The notes: a model not told the origin generated them from the sequence alone. Shown: positions 1 through 8,822, counted from the stretch's first letter. The stretch: 64,000 nt of DNA from Pseudomonadota bacterium (GCA_041178445.1 JBEGVG010000064.1:34-64033), one strand, 5' to 3'. Numbers and translations: made by a program.

Positions 1-135
1 ACCTAGTTCCATGCGGCAAGGCCGTCTTTGGTACCAAAGCAGCCAGTTACTCACTTAAGTCATTGAAATGACACATAAATTACTTGAAGCCCGTCGCCGA
101 TGGGGGCATGATGACGGTGAAAGGAGGATGCTTCC

Positions 136-825
136 ATGGACGCACTCCTCGCCCAGCCTGCCCTTCAAATACCCCCCACGGATCTGGTCGCCGAAGCCAA
201 CCACCGTATCGCCAACAGCCTGACCCTCCTGGTCAGCATGGTGCGGATGCAGGCGGTTTCGGTGAAGAAGAAGCCGGAGCCTTTGAGCAATGCCGATGTG
301 CGGTTGATGCTGGATGGCATCGCCGCGCGCATCAACACCATCAGCCAGCTTCACCGCATCCTCTCGCGCTCTGGCGCCGATGGCGCGGTGAGTCTGAAGC
401 CGCACCTGGAAGAAGTCACCAGCGCGCCGGTCGCGGCCCTGTCCTCGCCCGAACAACAAGTGAAGGTGATGCATACCGGCACAGATTGCATGGTGCTGAT
501 GCGCCACGTGCAGCCGATCGTGCTGATCATCTGCGAAGCCTTCATCAACGCCATGAAATATGCCCATCCCGCCAGCGTGCCCCTGATCATGACGGTGGAC
601 TGCAGCGTCGCGGGTGACGGGCGACTGGTGCTTTCCGTCAGCGACGATGGCGTCGGCCTGCCCGAAGCCTTCGATGCCGAAAAAAGCGGCGGCCTGGGCT
701 TTCGCGTCATGCGCAGCCTGGCGGCCGAAATCGGCGGCGAACTGCAGATGCAATCCACGCATCTGGGCCTGACCTTCCGCGTCGCGCTGCCCGCCGGCGC
801 CATGGCCGGCGTCAAGCCTTCCTGA
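136..825 (+). CDS. Sensor-less histidine kinase, HisKA_2/HWE-like with HATPase domain
   Basis: H-box EANHRIANSL, N-box EAFINAMKYA, G1 SDDGVGLP, G2 GGLGF; AGGAGG RBS upstream. Confidence 0.85.
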   Translation: MDALLAQPALQIPPTDLVAEANHRIANSLTLLVSMVRMQAVSVKKKPEPLSNADVRLMLDGIAARINTISQLHRILSRSGADGAVSLKPHLEEVTSAPVAALSSPEQQVKVMHTGTDCMVLMRHVQPIVLIICEAFINAMKYAHPASVPLIMTVDCSVAGDGRLVLSVSDDGVGLPEAFDAEKSGGLGFRVMRSLAAEIGGELQMQSTHLGLTFRVALPAGAMAGVKPS

Positions 826-869
826 ACCTGCGCACATTTTAAGGCGGACGTACCGGGGCTTTTGCGCTA

Positions 870-1274
870 TTGGCGCGTACTATGTTCTTCCAGGGAAAAT
901 TCCTGCCATGGCTTCGCCGCGCCGGACTGTGGCTGTTCTGGCCGGCGGTCCTGGTTGTGGTATGGGGCCAGCTGACACCGCAGCCGCCATCCGTGGTGGA
1001 AGGTCATTGGGACAAGGCCCAGCATTTCACCGCCTATTTCGGGTTGGCGCTGCTGGCGACCTTGGCCTGGGGCCGGCGGCGCGGGCTGGCCTGGATCGTG
1101 TTGGGCGTGATTGCGCTGGGCGGTGTGATGGAAATCCTGCAGGGCATAGTCGGGCGCGATGCGGCCTGGCTGGACCAGCTGGCCAACACGCTGGGCGCGC
1201 TGGCGGGTACCGGCCTGGCCATCGCCTATCTGGCCATTCCCCGCCGTCTTGTTGACCGCCCCAAGCGCGATTAG
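870..1274 (+). CDS. VanZ-family membrane protein
   Basis: WDKAQHFTAY motif, EILQG...R...D..AN..G pattern, four hydrophobic segments; TTG start uncertain. Confidence 0.8.
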   Translation: MARTMFFQGKFLPWLRRAGLWLFWPAVLVVVWGQLTPQPPSVVEGHWDKAQHFTAYFGLALLATLAWGRRRGLAWIVLGVIALGGVMEILQGIVGRDAAWLDQLANTLGALAGTGLAIAYLAIPRRLVDRPKRD

Positions 1275-1312
1275 CCTTACGCTGCCAACGGGCGCTTCAA
1301 ACCGGAGAAGAC

Positions 1313-1717
1313 ATGTTCGAGGAATTCAAGAAATTCGCGATGCGCGGCAATGTGCTGGATCTGGCCATCGGCGTGATCATCGGCGCGTCCTTCACCGGCA
1401 TCGTCAATTCGCTGGTCAATGACATCATCATGCCGCCGATCGGCCTGGCGCTGGGCGGGGTGGATTTCTCCAACTTCTTCTGGACGCTCAAGGGGCCGGC
1501 CGCCGATACGCTGGCCGCCGCCAGGACCGCCAAGGCCGTCACCGTCAATTACGGCCTGTTCGTCAATGCGGTGATCAATTTCATGATCGTGGCTTTTGCG
1601 CTGTTCATGCTGATCCGCCAGATCAACAAGCTCGCCTCGCCAAAGCCCGCCGAAGTGGCGGTGACGCCGGAGGATGTGCTGTTGCTGCGCGAAATCCGCG
1701 ACTCGCTGAAGAAGTGA
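1313..1717 (+). CDS. mscL: Large-conductance mechanosensitive channel
   Basis: MFEEFKKFAMRGNVLDLAIGVIIGASF...LLREIRDSLK. Confidence 0.97.
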   Translation: MFEEFKKFAMRGNVLDLAIGVIIGASFTGIVNSLVNDIIMPPIGLALGGVDFSNFFWTLKGPAADTLAAARTAKAVTVNYGLFVNAVINFMIVAFALFMLIRQINKLASPKPAEVAVTPEDVLLLREIRDSLKK

Positions 1718-2283
1718 TGAAACATCTGGCGCTGCTTCTGGCTTTGATTCTGGCGGCGCCCGCCGCCGCGCAAGCGCCCGCGACACCAGCCGCGGGCGAT
1801 CCGGCCGCGGCGACCAATGCCTTCTATGCGGTGTATGGCCCGCAGGTCGGCAAGGGTGGCGGTATCCCTGATACCGCCGCGCGCCTGCGCTATGCCGCCG
1901 TGCTTTCGCCGCGTCTCAACAAGCAGCTTGCCGACGCCGCCGCCGCGCAAGCGCGCCTGACCGCCAAGGTGAAGAATGCAGTGCCGCCCATGCTGGAAGG
2001 CGATATTTTTTCCTCCCTGTTTGAAGGGGCCACCGGCTGGAAGGTGGGCGCCTGCCAAAGCGACGGCAACACTGCCCGCTGCCCGGTGGCACTGACACAT
2101 GTCTCGCCCCCGATCGCGGGGCGACCGCCGGTCAAGCCCGCCCAGTGGAACGACACGGTCCTGCTGACCAACGGGCCGCAGGGCTGGAAGGTCGACGATG
2201 TGATCTATGACGCGGGCTTTGCCTTCGGCAATACCGGGCGGCTGAGCAGCATGTTGCGCATGGTCATCGCCGCAACCCCTTAA
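1714..2283 (+). CDS. Exported protein, DUF3828/YbjP-like
   Basis: Signal peptide; LSPRL...PPMLEGDIFSSLFEG...WKVDDV pattern; overlaps mscL stop. Confidence 0.55.
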   Translation: MMKHLALLLALILAAPAAAQAPATPAAGDPAAATNAFYAVYGPQVGKGGGIPDTAARLRYAAVLSPRLNKQLADAAAAQARLTAKVKNAVPPMLEGDIFSSLFEGATGWKVGACQSDGNTARCPVALTHVSPPIAGRPPVKPAQWNDTVLLTNGPQGWKVDDVIYDAGFAFGNTGRLSSMLRMVIAATP

Positions 2284-2327
2284 AAACCGTTCGTCCGGTT
2301 CCCACATTGGGAAGGAAAGGAAACCCC

Positions 2328-2702
2328 ATGAGCCAGACCAAGGACCTGACCCCCGAACAGCACCGGGTGCTGCGCGAACATGGCACCGAGCGCCCGGGCT
2401 CCAGCCCGCTGAATCAGGAAAAGCGCCCCGGCGAATTCGAATGCGCCGGCTGCGGCGCCCAACTGTTCGATGCCAGCACAAAGTTCGAAAGCGGCACCGG
2501 CTGGCCCAGCTTCTGGGACACCTTGCCGGGGGCGGTGGAAACCACCACCGACACCAGCCATGGCATGGTGCGCACCGAGTTCCATTGCGCCAAATGCGGC
2601 GGCCATCTGGGTCACGTCTTCAACGACGGGCCCGGGCCGACCGGCCTTCGATATTGCACCAATGGCTGTGCACTGGACTTTAAACCCGAAGACAAAAAGT
2701 AA
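2328..2702 (+). CDS. msrB: Peptide-methionine (R)-S-oxide reductase
   Basis: GTERPG, two CxxC, KFESGTGWPSF, HLGHVF.DGP.PTG.RYC.N. Confidence 0.97.
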   Translation: MSQTKDLTPEQHRVLREHGTERPGSSPLNQEKRPGEFECAGCGAQLFDASTKFESGTGWPSFWDTLPGAVETTTDTSHGMVRTEFHCAKCGGHLGHVFNDGPGPTGLRYCTNGCALDFKPEDKK

Positions 2703-2730
2703 CCCGCGCCTTTTTCGGGCGCGGGTCTTT
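2702..2730. terminator. Intrinsic terminator hairpin between convergent genes
   Basis: ACCCGCGCC-N7-GGCGCGGGT followed by CTTT. Confidence 0.7.
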
Positions 2731-2736
2731 CACGTC

Positions 2737-3096
2737 TTACGTCAGGTTTTCGCGCGAATGCGAGGCCGCTTCGGTTTCGGCCTGGCGCAGGGCGTCGCCC
2801 TCGGGACCTTCCAGCGCCCGGCTCGCTTCCCGGCCCATGGCGGGAATGCTGGACTTGTTGTTCTTCACAAAGCTCGACTGGTCTTTGAGGAAGGCGCGCG
2901 ATGCCTGGTAATCGCCTTCGCCCACGATCTGCTTTTTCTTTGCCGCCTTTTTTGCCGGCTTGCGGGCGGCCGGTTTGGTGGCCACGCGCTTGGCGGATTT
3001 CTTGCTGGTTTTCTTGGCGCTCTTTTTCGCGGCCGTCTTCACCGCCTTCTTCGCCTTGCGGGCGGGCGTCAGCCTTGGCGATGCGGTTTTCCGCAT
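2737..3096 (-). CDS. Small Lys/Ala-rich (histone H1-like) protein with a GEGDY...ALEGPEG C-terminal domain
   Basis: MRKTASPRLTPARKAKKAVKTAAKKSAKK...; the upstream part of the listed ORF is antisense to the nhaA fragment, so the start is placed at ATG 3096; no RBS. Confidence 0.6.
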   Translation of the reverse strand: MRKTASPRLTPARKAKKAVKTAAKKSAKKTSKKSAKRVATKPAARKPAKKAAKKKQIVGEGDYQASRAFLKDQSSFVKNNKSSIPAMGREASRALEGPEGDALRQAETEAASHSRENLT

Positions 3097-3876
3097 GTCG
3101 GCGCTGCACTGGATCAATGACGGCCTGCTGACCATTTTTTTCTGGTGGTGGGGCTGGAAATCAAGCGCGAGTTCACCATCGGCCATCTCGCCAGCCCGCG
3201 CGCCGCGGCGCTGCCCATCGCCGCCGTCATCGGCGGCATGGTCGTACCAGCGCTGCTCTACATCCTCCTGATTCCGGCGGGCGATCTTGCCCATGGCTGG
3301 GGCGTGCCGATGGCCACCGACACCGCCTTCGCCGTGGCGCTGATCGTGATGATGGGCAGCCGCGTACCGGTCGAGCTGCGCATTTTCCTGACCGCCGCCG
3401 CCATCGTGGACGATATCGGCGCCATAGCCGTGGTGGCGGCCTTCTATTCCGGCGCGCTCAATCTTTTCTATCTGGCGGGTGCCGTCGGCATCACCATGGT
3501 GCTGGCGCTGCTGAACCGTGCCCGCATCTACAATGTGGTGCCTTATGCGTTTCTGGGTCTGGCGCTATGGGCCTGCGTTTATGGCGGAGGGCTCCACGCC
3601 ACGCTGGCCGGCGTGATCCTGGCGGTTTTCATTCCCACCCGGCCGCCGCCGAACGTGAAGGCGCTGATGATCCAGGCCAACACCATCATCGCCGCCGAGG
3701 CGCAGCACCGGGGCGAAGTGCTGCGCGGGGGTCCTTCCGCGCCGGCCCTGCGCGCGCTGGATGCCATTCACGACCGGCTGGAATCCCCGTCCGACCGGCT
3801 GCTGCGCCATGCCGGCGCGCGCTCCAGCTATCTGGTTCTGCCGCTCTTCGCTTTCGCCAATGCGGGGGTGGTTCTG
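3095..3876 (+). pseudogene. nhaA: Internal fragment of Na+/H+ antiporter NhaA, with a frameshift at the T7 run 3135-3141
   Basis: [12 protein letters not shown] / [10 protein letters not shown] in two frames, [34 protein letters not shown]; N- and C-termini missing. Confidence 0.85.
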
Positions 3877-4047
3877 GGCATGCACGGCACCGACGATCAG
3901 ATCGTGCCTTACGCGGATGCCGCGCCGCTGTCAGCCAAGCTGCTTAAGAACGGCACGCTCAAGACCTATGAAGGCTATCCGGACGGAATGTTGGCGACCC
4001 ATCCCGAGGGCCTGAACGCCGACATTCTTGCCTTCATCGAGAGCTGA
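3877..4047 (+). pseudogene. C-terminal fragment of a non-heme chloroperoxidase-type alpha/beta hydrolase, fused in frame to nhaA
   Basis: [37 protein letters not shown]...NADILAFI; the expected catalytic His (PHG) reads PDG. Confidence 0.8.
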
Positions 4048-4212
4048 AGCGGCGCGGGCTCGGCTGGCGGCCGCCCTCGCGGCTTTGCCGCTCGGTGCGG
4101 CGCTCAGTTTTTGTAAGCGCGGCTACACTGGGTGTGAGGCGTGGCAGCCCCCCTCGCTTCGCTCGAAGGGGCGCTCAGTTTTCGTAAGTTCGCTACGCTC
4201 ACTAACGAAAAC
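4048..4212. repeat. Two degenerate tandem hairpin units downstream of tRNA-Arg
   Basis: GCGCTCAGTTTTYGTAAG at 4100-4117 and 4171-4188 (17/18 identical), each preceded by CCCTCGC...CGCTCG. Confidence 0.65.
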
Positions 4213-4289
4213 TGGCGCACCCGATAGGATTCGAACCTATGACCTTCGCCTTCGGAGGGCGACACTCTATCCAGCTGAGCTACGGGTGC
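4213..4289 (-). tRNA. tRNA-Arg (CCG)
   Basis: GCACCCGTAGCTCAGCTGGATAGAGTGTCGCCCTCCGAAGGCGAAGGTCATAGGTTCGAATCCTATCGGGTGCGCCA; anticodon loop CTCCGAA. Confidence 0.97.
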
Positions 4290-4326
4290 TGACCGTCCGG
4301 ACCCTATAGCCCAGGCGGTCCAAAAG

Positions 4327-5412
4327 CTAAAGCGCTGCCCCAAGGCTTGTCAGCGCCTGACGGACCGTCCGTTCGCCCAGGGTCCAGACCGCCTGCTTCC
4401 AGGCCGGGGTATCGTTATAAAAAGCGTCGCGCATCAGCCTGGAAATCTCGGCGGCACGGCGGTCGTCCGGGGCGAAGCGGTCCTGCCAGTTGGCCAGGCG
4501 CAGGGTCCGGATCATCTGGTCCAGCGCGATGGTGCCCACTTCCAGTGCCGCGAATGTCAGCTCCACCCCCGGCAGCATCTGTTCGGCCCCGTGATCCAGC
4601 GTGCCGGTCAAAGGCGCGGAGAGGGACTCGCCTGCGGTGCCCGACACCACCATGTCGCCCCAGATGCGGCGCGCGCGGTCGTAGGCGGGCGTGCCGGGCG
4701 CCGCCTCGATGATCATTTCACCCGCGCCCGATTCCCCCAGACCGGTGTGGAAATCCATGGCGATGACCTTCCTGGCGCGCGACAGGTCCTCGCGCAGCAC
4801 GGCGCGCAACGCCTCCCCCGACCAGGCTTCGCGGTCGCCGCCATAAAACAGGCCTTCGGGGTGATTGTACTGGCCGGCGCTGAGCGCCTGCTGCCAGGCG
4901 GCGCGGCCATGGGCCTGGGCGTAAGCGGCCAGCGCGGCGTCGGCCCGCGCGAAGCCGGCATCGCTGACATCGCGCAGCGCGATCGCGTCGGCCAGTTCGT
5001 CGTAACCGGGATTGGCCGGGGGACAGGCGTGGTCGACAAAGTTGCGGTTGAGGTCGACATTGTTCTCGTCCACCGGCCGATTCCAGGCGAAGCCGAAGGG
5101 GTTGAGGGCATGGATCATCACCAGCCGCGCGCCATCCGGCGGCGACACGCCGCTTTGCAGAAGTCCCGTCATCACCCCGGAGCCGAAATAGCCTTCCACC
5201 CCATGGGTGCCGCAAATCAGCAGCAGTGCCTTCTGCGCGGTGCGCGGGCCCATGGCGCAGGCATCCAGGAATAGCGGCTTGCCATCGGGTCCCTTGGCGG
5301 AGGGATGCACGCGGCTGATCACATCCACGCCGCGCGCCTCGCAGGCGGCGATGAAGGCCTTGCGCGCGCCGCGATAGTCTTGCGGAAAATAGCTTTCCGG
5401 GGGCGTGGTCAT
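4327..5412 (-). CDS. M14-type metallopeptidase, DUF2817 family
   Basis: GTHGVEG, HALNPFGF, NVDLNRNF, DFHTGLG, ALEVGT motifs. Confidence 0.85.
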   Translation of the reverse strand: MTTPPESYFPQDYRGARKAFIAACEARGVDVISRVHPSAKGPDGKPLFLDACAMGPRTAQKALLLICGTHGVEGYFGSGVMTGLLQSGVSPPDGARLVMIHALNPFGFAWNRPVDENNVDLNRNFVDHACPPANPGYDELADAIALRDVSDAGFARADAALAAYAQAHGRAAWQQALSAGQYNHPEGLFYGGDREAWSGEALRAVLREDLSRARKVIAMDFHTGLGESGAGEMIIEAAPGTPAYDRARRIWGDMVVSGTAGESLSAPLTGTLDHGAEQMLPGVELTFAALEVGTIALDQMIRTLRLANWQDRFAPDDRRAAEISRLMRDAFYNDTPAWKQAVWTLGERTVRQALTSLGAAL

Positions 5413-5429
5413 CATCCTAGTCTAACCGC

Positions 5430-6215
5430 ATGTCGGCTTTCGGCGCATTGGAAGAATTGCGAAACCGCCCCATTGGCGATCTGACGGGCTTGCGCACATC
5501 GCGCCGCGGCTTTCGCCAGCGTATCGCCCTGGCCTCGGATCAGCCGCTTTTCGCCGAAGCGGTGGTGGAAGCGCGCGCCGTGGGGCTGGCGGGCGAGAAT
5601 TTCTATGCCGGCAGCCGCAACCCGCCCTATTGGCGCCCCATCGACGGCGCCACCGATAAATTGTGGTTGCGCAAGACGGCGGCCGAAAAGCTGGCGCGGG
5701 TCAATGCCCGCGCCGGCGCGGCGGGACTGGAACTGTTCCTGTTCGACGCCTGGCGTCCGCGCGCCGTTCAGGCCTATTTCCATGACGTTTGGATGCCGCG
5801 GGAACTGAAGCGGCGTGGCAGCACGCTGTCCGGCGCGGCGCTGAATGAAGAGGTGGAACGCTATTGGGCCGCGCCTACCGATGATCCGGCTTCGCCCGCG
5901 CCCCATGCCACCGGCGCGGCGACGGATCTCACTTTAAGATGGAAGAATGGCGAGGCGCTGTGGATGGGCTCGCTGTTCGACGATGTCACGGCGCTGGCCC
6001 ATCGCGACCGCTTTGAATCGCTCGGGGACGAAAACTTTTCCTTCTCCGATCAGGAAGCGCGCGCCAATCGGCGGCTGCTCCATTGGCTGATGACGGAAGA
6101 AGGCTTTGCCGGCCACCCCGATGAATGGTGGCATTTTTCCTGGGGCGACCAGTTGTGGGCCGCGCTGACGGATGCGCCCGCCGCGCATTACGGGTTGGCA
6201 TCCATTCCCGAATAG
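5430..6215 (+). CDS. ddpX: D-alanyl-D-alanine dipeptidase (M15D, VanX/DdpX family)
   Basis: FDAWRP, PHATGAATDLTL, EWWHFS. Confidence 0.88.
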   Translation: MSAFGALEELRNRPIGDLTGLRTSRRGFRQRIALASDQPLFAEAVVEARAVGLAGENFYAGSRNPPYWRPIDGATDKLWLRKTAAEKLARVNARAGAAGLELFLFDAWRPRAVQAYFHDVWMPRELKRRGSTLSGAALNEEVERYWAAPTDDPASPAPHATGAATDLTLRWKNGEALWMGSLFDDVTALAHRDRFESLGDENFSFSDQEARANRRLLHWLMTEEGFAGHPDEWWHFSWGDQLWAALTDAPAAHYGLASIPE

Positions 6216-8141
6216 TTATTCGAGGATCGGACGGAACGCCCCATCCCAGTCCGCACCCGGTGGATGTCTTTCGAAATAGGCGATCCGCGTCAGATGCAGG
6301 TCGTACATTTTCTGGCTGGCGCCTGACAGGCGGCGCCACTGAGCGATCAACTCGCGCGCCATCTGCCATTGCTGCTTGCGGATGGCCTGGAAGATATGAT
6401 CGTGAAACACGGTCAAGGCGCGGAACTTGGGCGAGGCGCGATACACCGACGAACCCATGATGGCATAAAGCGTGGTGGCCGGACCACTGGCGCCGACCGC
6501 GATGGAGTCAATCTCCAGAAAGGCAAAGCCGCGTTCGGCGGCGCGCTTGGTGTCTTCGGCCGCGATCAGCGCCGGGCCATATTGATGCGACAGCGCCTGG
6601 ACATGGCCCGCCATCGTCACCGCGCCGCCATGAACGCTGTAGCCCATCCGGCCATAGCCGCCGAACCCGCCGGCAATGACCTGGCCGCTGGCGATGCCGA
6701 TGCCGATCTCCACCAGCGGCGGCGCATCGGGCCCGCGATATTCCTGCGCCAGTTCCTCGTTGACGCGCGCTGCCATGATCGCCATGCCATTGGCCGCCTC
6801 GCAGGCATGCAGCGCATGGTCGCCATCATCCAGCGGCGCGTTCCAGAAGGCGGCGAAGCCATCGGCGGTCAGCCGGTCGATGGTGCCGCCATGCGCCAGC
6901 GCCTGGTCGATCAGCGGCGTCAGCACTTTCTGCATCAGGCGCGTGAAACCGGCGGCGTCGTTGTGATAATCCGCCGCCAGCCCCGAAAGGCCGCGCACGC
7001 CGCACACCAGATAGGTGACGGTGCGGATTTCGCCGTCGAGATTGAGCAGGGCCGGGCGGCGCGCGATCTTCTCGATGGTGGCGCGCGGCAGAGAGTCCGA
7101 AAACGCCATGCGCAAGCCGGCATAGGCCATGCGCAGATCCTGGATATAGGCCGCCGCGCCCGCGCCAAAGGCCAGCATCAGGGCCAGCGCCGGACTGGCC
7201 GCATCCATCAACAGACCCTGCTGCATGAAGAGATACCAGGACAGCGCGAACAGCGCGGCGCCGCCGCCCATCGCCAGGCCCGCCGCCCAGCCCAGGCCGA
7301 AGCGCAGCAGGAAAATCATGATCCCGCCCAGCACCAGCAGAGCTGCGGCTTCGGCCACCATCATCCAGCCGGGCCGCTGCAGCACATCGCGCACCAGAAG
7401 ATTGCCGATCGCTTCGGCCGTCACGCCGGCAAGGCTGGCGGCACCGAAAGGCGTCTTCACCATCGCGCCCTGTTGTCCCACCACCACGATCATGTCTTTC
7501 AGCGGTATGGCGTCCAGCGCATTGGGATTGAGAATCTGTTCGGACATGTTGGCCGCGTAGCGCAGCCAGAAGCGTCCGTCGCTGCCCGTGGGAATGATCC
7601 CGCCATCCGTTTCCAGCGCCGCGATGCCCACGCCGGCAAAGAAGCTCAGCGGATTGCGTTCATCGCTGATGACCGTGATGTCGGGCTTGCGCTGCGCCAC
7701 CCGCAAGGCTTCCGCCGTCATCCCCGGCACCAGCATGGCGTCCACCCGCACCGCCAAAGCGGCGCGGCGCACCACGCCGTCGGCATCGGGCATCAGGGCG
7801 GCGGCGGCCGATCCCGCCGCATGCGTTTCCAGCAGCGCCAGCGGCGCGGCGGCGGAGTCATGGCGCGGGACCTTGGAAAAGGGATCGCGGCTGCCGCGAT
7901 AGACAAAGCGCGCCTTGATGCGGGGGGCGCGTCCTTCGGCCCCCAGCGTCACCGGCACGATGCCGTCAATGTTCTGCAGCGCCACGGCAAGGCCGTGTCC
8001 GGGCTCGGGCAGTTGGGCCAGCGCGGCGCGTGCCGCCTTGTCACCGGGCGGCAGTTTGGCCGAAAGGCTTTGCGGGGAGGGCCCGTGTTGTAGGGGGGCG
8101 GTGAATACCACCAGCCGTGCGCCGGCCAGAAGGCGCGTCAC
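6216..8141 (-). CDS. CHASE2-domain membrane protein with degenerate class III adenylate/guanylate cyclase domain
   Basis: DADGVVRR CHASE2 motif, TM helices, GGTID...FWNAPLDD, IGIGIASG; start (GTG) uncertain and N-terminus looks truncated. Confidence 0.8.
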   Translation of the reverse strand: MTRLLAGARLVVFTAPLQHGPSPQSLSAKLPPGDKAARAALAQLPEPGHGLAVALQNIDGIVPVTLGAEGRAPRIKARFVYRGSRDPFSKVPRHDSAAAPLALLETHAAGSAAAALMPDADGVVRRAALAVRVDAMLVPGMTAEALRVAQRKPDITVISDERNPLSFFAGVGIAALETDGGIIPTGSDGRFWLRYAANMSEQILNPNALDAIPLKDMIVVVGQQGAMVKTPFGAASLAGVTAEAIGNLLVRDVLQRPGWMMVAEAAALLVLGGIMIFLLRFGLGWAAGLAMGGGAALFALSWYLFMQQGLLMDAASPALALMLAFGAGAAAYIQDLRMAYAGLRMAFSDSLPRATIEKIARRPALLNLDGEIRTVTYLVCGVRGLSGLAADYHNDAAGFTRLMQKVLTPLIDQALAHGGTIDRLTADGFAAFWNAPLDDGDHALHACEAANGMAIMAARVNEELAQEYRGPDAPPLVEIGIGIASGQVIAGGFGGYGRMGYSVHGGAVTMAGHVQALSHQYGPALIAAEDTKRAAERGFAFLEIDSIAVGASGPATTLYAIMGSSVYRASPKFRALTVFHDHIFQAIRKQQWQMARELIAQWRRLSGASQKMYDLHLTRIAYFERHPPGADWDGAFRPILE

Positions 8142-8226
8142 CCGGACCAGGTCATGAAGTACCCCAAGCGCGGGAAAAGCCCCGCGCCAGGCACCCTATT
8201 ATCGTTAATGGGACGCGGCTAGGCCG

Positions 8227-8661
8227 CTACTTGGCTGTCACGCGGATGGCGACTTGGGCCAAGAGGATCTTCGCGCCCTTCTTCTTCAGGGCGCGATCGG
8301 TGACCGCCTGCAGGCGGTCGGCAATGGCCCCGACATCGGGCTGGGTATCGGTGCGCACCATATTGGCGGTGAAGGCCATCAGGTTGCGGATATAGGCGTC
8401 GCGCAGCACCGGCAGCGAGCGGGTCACGACCGCGCGCATTTTCTCGTCCGGCACGTCGATGCCGGCGCCCACCATCAGCATTCCGCTGGCGCGGTTGTCG
8501 GCCACGATGGTGGTGTAGATCGGGTCCACCATGATGTAGCTCTTGGACTGGGTGGTCTTATGCTCCGGCGCTTTCTGGGCCTTGTCGCCGCTGTCGGCGG
8601 CGCGCACCGGCGAAATGGCCAGGGCGGCAAACAGCAGAGCGATCAGCGGCAGCTTCCTCAT
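8227..8661 (-). CDS. Exported FliL-like protein
   Basis: Signal peptide, YIMVDPIYTTIV, LPVLRDAY pattern typical of FliL-like proteins. Confidence 0.5.
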   Translation of the reverse strand: MRKLPLIALLFAALAISPVRAADSGDKAQKAPEHKTTQSKSYIMVDPIYTTIVADNRASGMLMVGAGIDVPDEKMRAVVTRSLPVLRDAYIRNLMAFTANMVRTDTQPDVGAIADRLQAVTDRALKKKGAKILLAQVAIRVTAK

Positions 8662-8822
8662 GACCGCCAGTAAGCGCCGGATTGGTAAATCGAATTTTAA
8701 CGGGGCGCGCAAAAGGCCCGATTAGGCCCTAAGCCAAGGCCGAAGCGGCACCCCGAAGGGGTGGTGTGAAGGCCGGGGCGCGGTGAAGTTAAGGTCGGTT
8801 CGGTGACCATCCCCTGGAGGGA

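Noticed and set aside
1-10. GGAAC on the minus strand as an EcfG -35 element
   Set aside because: The -10 half would lie outside the window; five bases are not evidence.
4290-4395. Patchy similarity between the tRNA-Arg promoter region and the DUF2817 gene end (GACCGTCCG, GCCCAGG, GGTCCA)
   Set aside because: Short gapped GC-rich matches that exclude the stop codon; compatible with chance, unlike the hisB case.
870-6215. VanZ plus VanX-like genes as a glycopeptide resistance cluster
   Set aside because: No vanA/vanH/vanRS; the genes are not adjacent; both families are common housekeeping homologues.
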